Assembly (NCBI RefSeq): GCF_964204645.1 | Contig: NW_027437459.1 | Location: forward strand, 33,690-97,689 | Direction: 5' to 3' | DNA from: Tubulanus polymorphus | Taxonomy: Eukaryota; Animalia; Nemertea | DNA: 64,000 nucleotides | Part shown: one piece after another, positions 41,701 to 54,000 of the stretch | Layout: the number at the start of each line of letters is the position of its first letter | Numbering within the stretch: position 1 is the first letter of the stretch | Program-made: the position numbers and the translations under genes | Notes under the pieces: generated by a model | Told to the model about the DNA's origin: nothing | Seen by the model: the letters and a program-made list of their open reading frames with translations, nothing else | Database searches by the model: none

Positions 41701-44700
41701 ATTGATGGGTTAGGGTGTACTGAACTGATTTCAAATAGATAGGTTGAAAGATTAAGAATTTTCTGGCTATTTATGCTCCTGAAGATGATGGACTCGATCT
41801 GAAATGATAGGTTAAGGTAAACTGAACTGATTTCGAGCAGATGGACTGAAAGATACAGATTTTTCTTGCAAAATAGGGTCCTAAAGATGATGAATTCTAT
41901 CTTAATTTATGGGTTAGGGTGAACTGAACTGATTTCAAATAGATAGGTGGAAAGAATCAGAATTTTCTGGCTGCCTTTGGTTCTGAAGATGATGGACTCA
42001 ATCTGAAAAGATGGGCTAAGGCGTATTGAACTGATTTCAAATAGATAGGTGGAAAGATTAAGAATTGTCTGGCTATTTATGCTCCTGAAGATGATGGACT
42101 CGATCTGAAATGATAGGTTAAGGTAAACTGAACTGATTTCGAGTAGATGGACTGAAAGATACAAATTTTTCTTGCAAAATAGGGTCCTAAAGATGATGAA
42201 TTCTATCTTAATTGATGGGTTAGGGTGTACTGAACTGATTTCAAATAGATAGGTTGAAAGAATCAGAATTTTCTGGCTGCTTTTGGTTCTGAAGATGATG
42301 GATTCAATCTGAAAAGATGTGTTAAGGCGTATTGAACTGATTTAAAATAGATAGGTGGAAAGATTAAGAATTTTCTGGCTATTTATGCTCCTGAAGATGA
42401 TGGACTCGATCTGAAATGATAGGTTAAGGTAAACTGAACTGATTTCGAGTAGATGGACTGAAAGATACAGATTTTTTCTTGCAAAATAGGGTCCTAAAGA
42501 TGATGAGTTCTATCTTAATTGATGGGTTAGGGTGTACTGAACTGATTTCAAATAGATAGGTTGAAAGATTAAGAATTTTCTGGCTATTTATGCTCCTGAA
42601 GATGATGGACTCGATCTGAAATGATAGGTTAAGGTAAACTGAACTGATTTCGAGCAGATGGACTGAAAGATACAGATCTTTCTTGCAAAATAGGGTCCTA
42701 AAGATGATGAATTCTATCTTAATTGATGGGTTAGGGTGAACTGAACTGATTTCAAATAGATAGGTGGAAAGAATCAGAATTTTCTGGCTGCCTTTGGTTC
42801 TGAAGATGATGGACTCAATCTGAAAAGATGGGCTAAGGCGTATTGAACTGATTTCAAATAGATAGGTGGAAAGATTAAGAATTTTCTGGCTATTTATGCT
42901 CCTGAGGATGATGCACTCGATCTGAAAGGATAGGTTAAGGTAGACTGAACTGATTTCGAGTAGATGGACTGAAAGATACAGATTTTTCTTGCAAAATAGG
43001 GTCCTAAAGATGATGAATTCTATCTTAATTGATGGGTAAGGGTGTACTGAACTGATTTCAAATAGATAGGTTGAAAGAATCAGAATTTTCTGGCTGCTTT
43101 TGGTTCTGAAGATGATGGATTCAATCTGAAAAGATGTGTTAAGGCGCATTGAACTGATTTCAAATAGATAGGTGGAAAGATTAAGAATTTTCTGGCTATT
43201 TATGCTCCTGAAGATGATGGACTCGATCTGAAATGATAGGTTAAGGTAAACTGAACTGATTTCGAGTAGATGGACTGAAAGATACAGATTTTTCTTGCAA
43301 AATAGGGTCCTAAAGATGATGAATTCTATCTTAATTGATGGGTTAGGGTGTACTGAACTGATTTCAAATAGATAGGTGGAAAGATTAAGAATTTTCTGGC
43401 TATTTATGCTCCTGAAGATGATGGACTCGATCTGAAATGATAGGTTAAGGTAAACTGAACTGATTTCGAGCAGATGGACTGAAAGATACAGATTTTTCTT
43501 GCAAAATAGGGTCCTAAGGATGATGAATTCTATCTTAATTGATGGGTTAGGGTGAACTGAACTGATTTCAAATAGATAGGTGGAAAGAATCAGAATTTTC
43601 TGGCTGCCTTTGGTTCTGAAGATGATGGACTCAATCTGAAAAGATGGGCTAAGGCGTATTGAACTGATTTCAAATAGATAGGTGGAAAGATTAAGAATTT
43701 TCTGGCTATTTATGCTCCTGAAGATGATGGACTCGATCTGAAATGATAGGTTAAGGTAAACTGAACTGATTTCGAGCAGATGGACTGAAAGATACAGATT
43801 TTTGTTGCAAAATAGGGTCCTAAAGATGATGAATTCTATCTTAATTGATGGGTTAGGGTGAACTGAACTGATTTCAAATAGATAGGTGGAAAGAATCAGA
43901 ATTTTCTGGCTGCCTTTGGTTCTGAAGATGATGGACTCAATCTGAAAAGATGGGCTAAGGCGTATTGAACTGATTTCAAATAGATAGGTGTAAAGATTAA
44001 GAATTTTCTGGCTATTTATGCTCCTGAAGATGATGGACTCGATCTGAAATGATAGGTTAAGGTAAACTGAACTGATTTCGAGTAGATGGACTGAAAGATA
44101 CAGATTTTTCTTGCAAAATAGGGTCCTAAAGATGATGAATTCTATCTTAATTGATGGGTAAGGGTGTACTGAACTGATTTCAAATAGATAGGTTGAAAGA
44201 ATCAGAATTTTCTGGCTGCTTTTGGTTCTGAAGATGATGGATTCAATCTGAAAAGATGTGTTAAGGCGCATTGAACTGATTTCAAATAGATAGGTGGAAA
44301 GATTAAGAATTTTCTGGCTATTTATGCTCCTGAAGATGATGGACTCGATCTGAAATGATAGGTTAAGGTAAACTGAACTGATTTCGAGTAGATGGACTGA
44401 AAGATACAGATTTTTCTTGCAAAATAGGGTCCTAAAGATGATGAATTCTATCTTAATTGATGGGTTAGGGTGAACTGAACTGATTTCAAATAGATAGGTG
44501 GAAAGAATCAGAATTTTCTGGCTGCCTTTGGTTCTGAAGATGATGGACTCAATCTGAAAAGATGGGCTAAGGCGTATTGAACTGATTTCAAATAGATAGG
44601 TGTAAAGATTAAGAATTTTCTGGCTATTTATGCTCCTGAAGATGATGGACTCGATCTGAAATGATAGGTTAAGGTAAACTGAACTGATTTCGAGTAGATG

Positions 44701-47700
44701 GACTGAAAGATACAGATTTTTCTTGCAAAATAGGGTCCTAAAGATGATGAATTCTATCTTAATTGATGGGTTAGGGTGTACTGAACTGATTTCAAATAGA
44801 TAGGTTGAAAGAATCAGAATTTTCTGGCTGCTTTTGGTTCTGAAGATGATGGATTCAATCTGAAAAGATGTGTTAAGGCGTATTGAACTGATTTAAAATA
44901 GATAGGTGGAAAGATTAAGAATTTTCTGGCTATTTATGCTCCTGAAGATGATGGACTCGATCTGAAATGATAGGTTAAGGTTGACTGAACTGATTCTGAA
45001 TAGATGGACTGAAAGATACAGATTTTTCTTGCAAAATAGGGTCCTAAAGATGATGAGTTCTATCTTAATTGATTGGTTAGGGTGTACTGAACTGATTTCA
45101 AATAGATAGGTGGAAAGATTAAGAATTTTCTGTCTATTTATGCTCCTGAAGATGATGGACTCGATCTGAAATGATAGGTTAAGGTAAACTGAACTGATTT
45201 CGAGTAGATGGACTGAAAGATACAGATTTTTCTTGCAAAATAGGGTCCTAAAGATGATGAATTCTATCTTAATTGATGGGTTAGGGTGTACTGAACTGAT
45301 TTCAAATAGATAGGTGGAAAGATTAAGAATTTTCTGGCTATTTATGCTCCTGAAGATGATGGACTCGATCTGAAATGATAGGTTAAGGTAAACTGAACTT
45401 ATTTCGAGTAGATGGACTGAAAGATACAGATTTTTCTTGCAAAATAGGGTCCTAAAGATGATGAATTCTATCTTAATTGATGGGTTAGGGTGTACTGAAC
45501 TGATTTCAAATAGATAGGTTGAAAGAATCAGAATTTTCTGGCTGCTTTTGGTTCTGAAGATGATGGATTCAATCTGAAAAGATGTGTTATGGCGTATTGA
45601 ACTGATTTCAAATAGATAGGTGGAAAGATTAAGAATTTTCTGGCTATTTATGCTCCTGAAGATGATTGACTCGATCTGAAATGATAGGTTAGGTAGACTG
45701 AACTGATTTCGAGTAGATGGACTGAAAGATACAGATTTTTCTTGCAAAATAGGGTCCTAAAGATGATGAGTTCTATCTTAATTGATGGGTTAGGGTGTAC
45801 TGAACTGATTTCAAATAGATAGGTGGAAAGATTAAGAATTTTCTGGTTATTTATGCTCCTGAAGATGATGGACTCGATCTGAAATGATAGGTTAAGGTAA
45901 ACTGAACTGATTTCGAGTAGATGGACTGAAAGATACAGATTTTTCTTGCAAAACAGGGTCCTAAAGATGATGAATTCTATCTTGATTGATGGGTTAAGGC
46001 GTATTGAACTGATTTCAAATAGATAGGTGGAAAGAATCAGGATTTTCAGGCTGCCTTTGGTTCTGAAGATGATGGACTCAATCTGAAAAGATGGGCTAAT
46101 GCGTATTGAACTGATTTCAAATAGATAGGTGGAAAGATTAAGAATTTTCTGGCTATTTATGCTCCTGAAGATGATGGACTCGATCTGAAATGATAGGTTA
46201 AGGTAAACTGAACTGATTTCGAGTAGATGGACTGAAAGATACAAATTTTTCTTGCAAAATAGGGTCCAAAAGATGATGAATTCTATCTTAATTGATGGGT
46301 TAGGGTGTACTGAACTGATTTCAAATAGATAGGTTGAAAGAATCAGAATTTTCGGGCTGCTTTTGGTTCTGAAGATGATGGATTCAATCTGAAAAGATGT
46401 GTTAAGGCGTATTGAACTGATTTCAAATAGATAGGTGGAAAGATTAAGAATTTTCTGGCTATTTATGCTCCTGAAGATGATGGACTCGATCTGAAATGAT
46501 AGGTTAAGGTAGACTGAACTGATTCTGAATAGATGGACTGAAAGATACAGATTTTTCTTGCAAAATAGGGTCCTAAAGATGATGAGTTCTATCTTAATTG
46601 ATTGGTTAGGGTGTACTGAACTGATTTCAAATAGATAGGTGGAAAGATTAAGAATTTTCTGTCTATTTATGCTCCTGAAGATGATGGACTCGATCTGAAA
46701 TGATAGGTTAAGGTAAACTGAACTGATTTCGAGTAGATGGACTGAAAGATACAGATTTTTCTTGCAAAATAGGGTCCTAAAGATGATGAATTCTATCTTA
46801 ATTGATGGGTTAGGGTGTACTGAACTGATTTCAAATAGATAGGTGGAAAGATTAAGAATTTTCTGGCTATTTATGCTCCTGAAGATGATGGACTCGATCT
46901 GAAATGATAGGTTAAGGTAAACTGAACTTATTTCGAGTAGATGGACTGAAAGATACAGATTTTTCTTGCAAAATAGGGTCCTAAAGATGATGAATTCTAT
47001 CTTAATTGATGGGTTAGGGTGTACTGAACTGATTTCAAATAGATAGGTTGAAAGAATCAGAATTTTCTGGCTGCTTTTGGTTCTGAAGATGATGGATTCA
47101 ATCTGAAAAGATGTGTTATGGCGTATTGAACTGATTTCAAATAGATAGGTGGAAAGATTAAGGATTTTCTGGCTATTTATGCTCCTGAAGATGATTGACT
47201 CGATCTGAAATGATAGGTTAGGTAGACTGAACTGATTTCGAGTAGATGGACTGAAAGATACAGATTTTTCTTGCAAAATAGGGTCCTAAAGATGATGAGT
47301 TCTATCTTAATTGATGGGTTAGGGTGTACTGAACTGATTTCAAATAGATAGGTGGAAAGATTAAGAATTTTCTGGTTATTTATGCTCCTGAAGATGATGG
47401 ACTCGATCTGAAATGATAGGTTAAGGTAAACTGAACTGATTTCGAGTAGATGGACTGAAAGATACAGATTTTTCTTGCAAAACAGGGTCCTAAAGATGAT
47501 GAATTCTATCTTGATTGATGGGTTAAGGCGTATTGAACTGATTTCAAATAGATAGGTGGAAAGAATCAGGATTTTCAGGCTGCCTTTGGTTCTGAAGATG
47601 ATGGACTCAATCTGAAAAGATGGGCTAATGCGTATTGAACTGATTTCAAATAGATAGGTGGAAAGATTAAGAATTTTCTGGCTATTTATGCTCCTGAAGA

Positions 47701-50700
47701 TGATGGACTCGATCTGAAATGATAGGTTAAGGTAAACTGAACTGATTTCGAGTAGATGGACTGAAAGATACAAATTTTTCTTGCAAAATAGGGTCCAAAA
47801 GATGATGAATTCTATCTTAATTGATGGGTTAGGGTGTACTGAACTGATTTCAAATAGATAGGTTGAAAGAATCAGAATTTTCGGGCTGCTTTTGGTTCTG
47901 AAGATGATGGATTCAATCTGAAAAGATGTGTTAAGGCGTATTGAACTGATTTCAAATAGATAGGTGGAAAGATTAAGAATTTTCTGGCTATTTATGCTCC
48001 TGAAGATGATGGACTCGATCTGAAATGATAGGTTAAGGTAGACTGAACTGATTCTGAATAGATGGACTGAAAGATACAGATTTTTCTTGCAAAATAGGGT
48101 CCTAAAGATGATGAGTTCTATCTTAATTGATTGGTTAGGGTGTACTGAACTGATTTCAAATAGATAGGTGGAAAGATTAAGAATTTTCTGGCTATTTATG
48201 CTCCTGAAGATGATGGACTCGTTCTGAAATGATAGGTTAAGGTAAACTGAACTGATTTCGAGTAGATGGACTGAAAGATACAGATTTTTCTTGCAAAATA
48301 GGGTCCTAAAGATGATGAATTCTATCTTAATTGATGGGTTAGGGTGTACTGAACTGATTTCAAATAGATAGGTTGAAAGAATCAGAATTTTCTGGCTGCT
48401 TTTGGTTCTGAAGATGATGGATTCAATCTGAAAAGATGTGTTAAGGCGTATTGAACTGATTTAAAATAGATAGGTGGAAAGATTAAGAATTTTCTGGCTA
48501 TTTATGCTCCTGAAGATGATGGACTCGATCTGAAATGATAGGTTAAGGTAAACTGAACTGATTTCGAGTAGATGGACTTAAAGATACAGATTTTTCTTGC
48601 AAAATAGGGTCCTAAAGATGATGAGTTCTATCTTAATTGATGGGTTAGGGTGTACTGAACTGATTTCAAATAGATAGGTTGAAAGATTAAGAATTTTCTG
48701 GCTATTTATGCTCCTGAAGATGATGGACTCGATCTGAAATGATAGGTTAAGGTAAACTGAATTGATTTCGAGTAGATGGACTGAAAGATACAGATTTTTC
48801 TTGCAAAATAGGGTCCTAAAGATGATGAATTCTATCTTAATTGATGGGTTAGGGTGTACTGAACTGATTTCAAATAGATAGGTTGAAAGAATCAGAATTT
48901 TCTGGCTGCTTTTGGTTCTGAAGATGATGGATTCAATCTGAAAAGATGTGTTAAGGCGTATTGAACTGATTTAAAATAGATAGGTGGAAAGATTAAGAAT
49001 TTTCTGGCTATTTATGCTCCTGAAGATGATGGACTCGATCTGAAATGATAGGTTAAGGTAAACTGAACGGATTTCGAGTAGATGGACTTAAAGATACAGA
49101 TTTTTCTTGCAAAATAGGGTCCTAAAGATGATGAGTTCTATCTTAATTGATGGGTTAGGGTGTACTGAACTGATTTCAAATAGATAGGTTGAAAGATTAA
49201 GAATTTTCTGGCTATTTATGCTCCTGAAGATGATGGACTCGTACTGAAATGATAGGTTAAGGTAAACTGAACTGATTTCGAGCAGATGGACTGAAAGATA
49301 CAGATTTTTCTTGCAAAATAGGGTCCTAAAGATGATGAATTCTATCTTAATTTATGGGTTAGGGTGAACTGAACTGATTTCAAATAGATAGGTGGAAAGA
49401 ATCAGAATTTTCTGGCTGCCTTTGGTTCTGAAGATGATGGACTCAATCTGAAAAGATGGGCTAAGGCGTATTGAACTGATTTCAAATAGATAGGTGGAAA
49501 GATTAAGAATTGTCTGGCTATTTATGCTCCTGAAGATGATGGACTCGATCTGAAATGATAGGTTAAGGTAAACTGAACTGATTTCGAGTAGATGGACTGA
49601 AAGATACAAATTTTTCTTGCAAAATAGGGTCCTAAAGATGATGAATTCTATCTTAATTGATGGGTTAGGGTGAACTGAACTGATTTCAAATAGATAGGTT
49701 GAAAGAATCAGAATTTTCTGGCTGCTTTTGGTTCTGAAGATGATGGATTCAATCTGAAAAGATGGGCTAAGGCGTATTGAACTTATTTCAAATAGATAGG
49801 TGGAAATATTAAGAATTTCTGGCTATTTATGCTCCTGAAGATGATGGACTCGATCTGAAATGATAGGTTAAGGTAAACTGAACTGATTTCGAGTAGATGG
49901 ACTGAAAGATACAGATTTTTCTTGCAAAATAGGGTCCTAAAGATGATGAATTCTATCTTAATTGATGGGTTAGGGTGTACTGAACTGATTTCAAATAGAT
50001 AGGTTGAAAGAATCAGAATTTTCTGGCTGCTTTTGGTTCTGAAGATGATGGATTCAATCTGAAAAGATGTGTTAAGGCGTATTGAACTGATTTCAAATAG
50101 ATAGGTGCAAAGATTAAGAATTTTCTAGCTATTTATGCTCCTGAAGATGATTGACTCGATCTGAAATGATAGGTTAGGTAGACTGAACTGATTTCGAGTA
50201 GATGGACTGAAAGATACAGATTTTTCTTGCAAAATAGGGTCCTAAAGATGATGAGTTCTATCTTAATTGATGGGTTAGGGTGTACTGAACTGATTTCAAA
50301 TAGATAGGTTGAAAGAATCAGAATTTTCTTGCTGCTTTTGGTTCTGAAGATGATGGATTCAATCTGAAAAGATGGGCTAAGGCGTATTGAACTGATTTCA
50401 AATAGATAGGTGGAAAGATTAAGAATTTTCTGGCTATTTATGCTCCTGAAGATGATGGACTCGATCTGAAATGATAGGTTAAGGTAGACTGAACTGATTC
50501 TGAATAGATGGACTGAAAGATACAGATTTTTCTTGCAAAATAGGGTCCTAAAGATGATGAGTTCTATCTTAATTGATGGCTTAGGGTGTACTGAACTGAT
50601 TTCAAATAGATAGGTGGAAAGATTAAGAATTTTCTGGCTATTTATGCTCCTGAAGATGATGGACTCGATCTGAAATGATAGGTTAAGGTAAACTGAACTG

Positions 50701-51099
50701 ATTTCGAGTAGATGGACTGAAAGATACAGATTTTTCTTGCAAAATAGGGTCCTAAAGATGATGAATTCTATCTTAATTGATGGGTTAGGGTGTACTGAAC
50801 TGATTTCAAATAGATAGGTTGAAAGAATCAGAATTTTCTGGCTGCTTTTGGTTCTGAAGATGATGGATTCAATCTGAAAAGATGTGTTAAGGCGTATTGA
50901 ACTGATTTAAAATAGATAGGTGGAAAGATTAAGAATTTTCTGGCTATTTATGCTCCTGAAGATGATGGACTCGATCTGAAATGATAGGTTAAGGTAAACT
51001 GAACTGATTTCGAGTAGATGGACTTAAAGATACAGATTTTTCTTGCAAAATAGGGTCCTAAAGATGATGAGTTCTATCTTAATTGATGGGTTAGGGTGA

Positions 51100-54000
51100 A
51101 CTGAACTGATTTCAAATAGATAGGTGGAAAGAATCAGAATTTTCTGGCTGCCTTTGGTTCTGAAGATGATGGACTCAATCTGAAAAGATGGGCTAAGGCG
51201 TATTGAACTGATTTCAAATAGATAGGTGGAAAGATTAAGAACTTTCTGGCTATTTATGCTCCTGAAGATGATGGACTCGATCTGAAATGATAGGTTAAGG
51301 TAAACTGAACTGATTTCGAGTAGATGGACTGAAAGATACAGATTTTTCTTGCAAAATAGGGTCCTAAAGATGATGAGTTCTATCTTAATTGATGGGTTAG
51401 GGTGTACTGAACTGATTTCAAATAGATAGGTGGAAAGATTAAGAATTTTCTGGTTATTTATGCTCCTGAAGATGATGGACTCGATCTGAAATGATAGGTT
51501 AAGGTAAACTGAACTGATTTCGAGTAGATGGACTGAAAGATACAGATTTTTCTTGCAAAATAGGGTCCTAAAGATGATGAATTCTATCTTAATTGATGGG
51601 TTAGGGTGTACTGAACTGATTTCAAATAGATAGGTTGAAAGAATCAGAATTTTCTGGCTGCTTTTGGTTCTGAAGATGATGGATTCAATCTGAAAAGATG
51701 TGTTAAGGCGTATTGAACTGATTTAAAATAGATAGGTGGAAAGATTAAGAATTTTCTGGCTATTTATGCTCCAGAAGATGATTGACTCGATCTGAAATGA
51801 TAGGTTAGGTAGACTGAACTGATTTCGAGTAGATGGACTGAAAGATACAGATTTTTCTTGCAAAATAGGGTCCTAAAGATGATGAGTTCTATCTTAATTG
51901 ATGGGTTAGGGTGTACTGAACTGATTTCAAATAGATAGGTGGAAAGATTAAGAATTTTCTGGTTATTTATGCTCCTGAAGATGATGGACTCGATCTGAAA
52001 TGATAGGTTAAGGTAAACTGAACTGATTTCGAGTAGATGGACTGAAAGATACAGATTTTTCTTGCAAAATAGGGTCCTAAAGATGATGAATTCTATCTTA
52101 ATTGATGGGTTAGGGTGTACTGAACTGATTTCAAATAGATAGGTTGAAAGAATCAGAATTTTCTGGCTGCTTTTGGTTCTGAAGATGATGGATTCAATCT
52201 GAAAAGATGTGTTAAGGCGTATTGAACTGATTTAAAATAGATAGGTGGAAAGATTAAGAATTTTCTGGCTATTTATGCTCCTGAAGATGATGGACTCGAT
52301 CTGAAATGATAGGTTAAGGTAAACTGAACTGATTTCGAGTAGATGGACTGAAAGATACAGATTTTTTCTTGCAAAATAGGGTCCTAAAGATGATGAGTTC
52401 TATCTTAATTGATGGGTTAGGGTGTACTGAACGGATTTCAAATAGATAGGTTGAAAGATTAAGAATTTTCTGGCTATTTATGCTCCTGAAGATGATGGAC
52501 TCGATCTGAAATGATAGGTTAAGGTAAACTGAACTGATTTCGAGCAGATGGACTGAAAGATACAGATTTTTCTTGCAAAATAGGGTCCTAAAGATGATGA
52601 ATTCTATCTTAATTGATGGGTTAGGGTGAACTGAACTTATTTCAAATAGATAGGTGGAAAGAATCAGAATTTTCTGGCTGCCTTTGGTTCTGAAGATGAT
52701 GGACTCAATCTGAAAAGATGGGTAAGGCGTATTGAACTGATTTCAAATAGATAGGTGGAAAGATTAAGAATTTTCTGGCTATTTATGCTCCTGAGGATGA
52801 TGCACTCGATCTGAAATGATAGGTTAAGGTAAACTGAACTGATTTCGAGCAGATGGACTGAAAGATACAGATTTTTCTTGCAAAATAGGGTCCTAAGGAT
52901 GATGAATTCTATCTTAATTGATGGGTTAGGGTGAACTGAACTGATTTCAAATAGACAGGTGGAAAGAATCAGAATTTTCTGGCTGCCTTTGGTTCTGAAG
53001 ATGATGGACTCAATCTGAAAAGATGGGCTAAGGCGTATTGAACTGATTTCAAATAGATAGGTGGAAAGATTAAGAACTTTCTGGCTATTTATGCTCCTGA
53101 AGATGATGGACTCGATCTGAAATGATAGGTTAAGGTAAACTGAACTGATTTCGAGTAGATGGACTGAAAGATACAGATTTTTCTTGCAAAATAGGGTCCT
53201 AAAGATGATGAGTTCTATCTTAATTGATGGGTTAGGGTGTACTGAACTGATTTCAAATAGATAGGTGGAAAGATTAAGAATTTTCTGGTTATTTATGCTC
53301 CTGAAGATGATGGACTCGATCTGAAATGATAGGTTAAGGTAAACTGAACTGATTTCGAGTAGATGGACTGAAAGATACAGATTTTTCTTGCAAAATAGGG
53401 TCCTAAAGATGATGAATTCTATCTTAATTGATGGGTTAGGGTGTACTGAACTGATTTCAAATAGATAGGTTGAAAGAATCAGAATTTTCTGGCTGCCTTT
53501 GGTTCTGAAGATGATGGATTCAATCTGAAAAGATGTGTTAAGGCGTATTGAACTGATTTAAAATAGATAGGTGGAAAGATTAAGAATTTTCTGGCTATTT
53601 ATGCTCCTGAAGATGATGGACTCGATCTGAAATGATAGGTTAAGGTAAACTGAACTGATTTCGAGTAGATGGACTGAAAGATACAGATTTTTTCTTGCAA
53701 AATAGGGTCCTAAAGATGATGAGTTCTATCTTAATTGATGGGTTAGGGTGTACTGAACGGATTTCAAATAGATAGGTTGAAAGATTAAGAATTTTCTGGC
53801 TATTTATGCTCCTGAAGATGATGGACTCGATCTGAAATGATAGGTTAAGGTAAACTGAACTGATTTCGAGCAGATGGACTGAAAGATACAGATTTTTCTT
53901 GCAAAATAGGGTCCTAAAGATGATGAATTCTATCTTAATTGATGGGTTAGGGTGAACTGAACTTATTTCAAATAGATAGGTGGAAAGAATCAGAATTTTC

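Larger units (their letters stand above)
14581..49620 (+). repeat. Haplotype domain II: nested 1.8-12.9 kb duplications (boundaries approximate)
   Basis: Markers seen only here: 'caggattttcagg', 'gactcgttctg', 'aaactgaattgat', 'aattgtctgg', 'ttaatttatgg', 'ttctgtctatt' and 'aaggttgactg'. The 'attgtctgg' block recurs at ORF coordinates 21106, 29056, 32627, 41907 and 49352. Confidence 0.75.
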
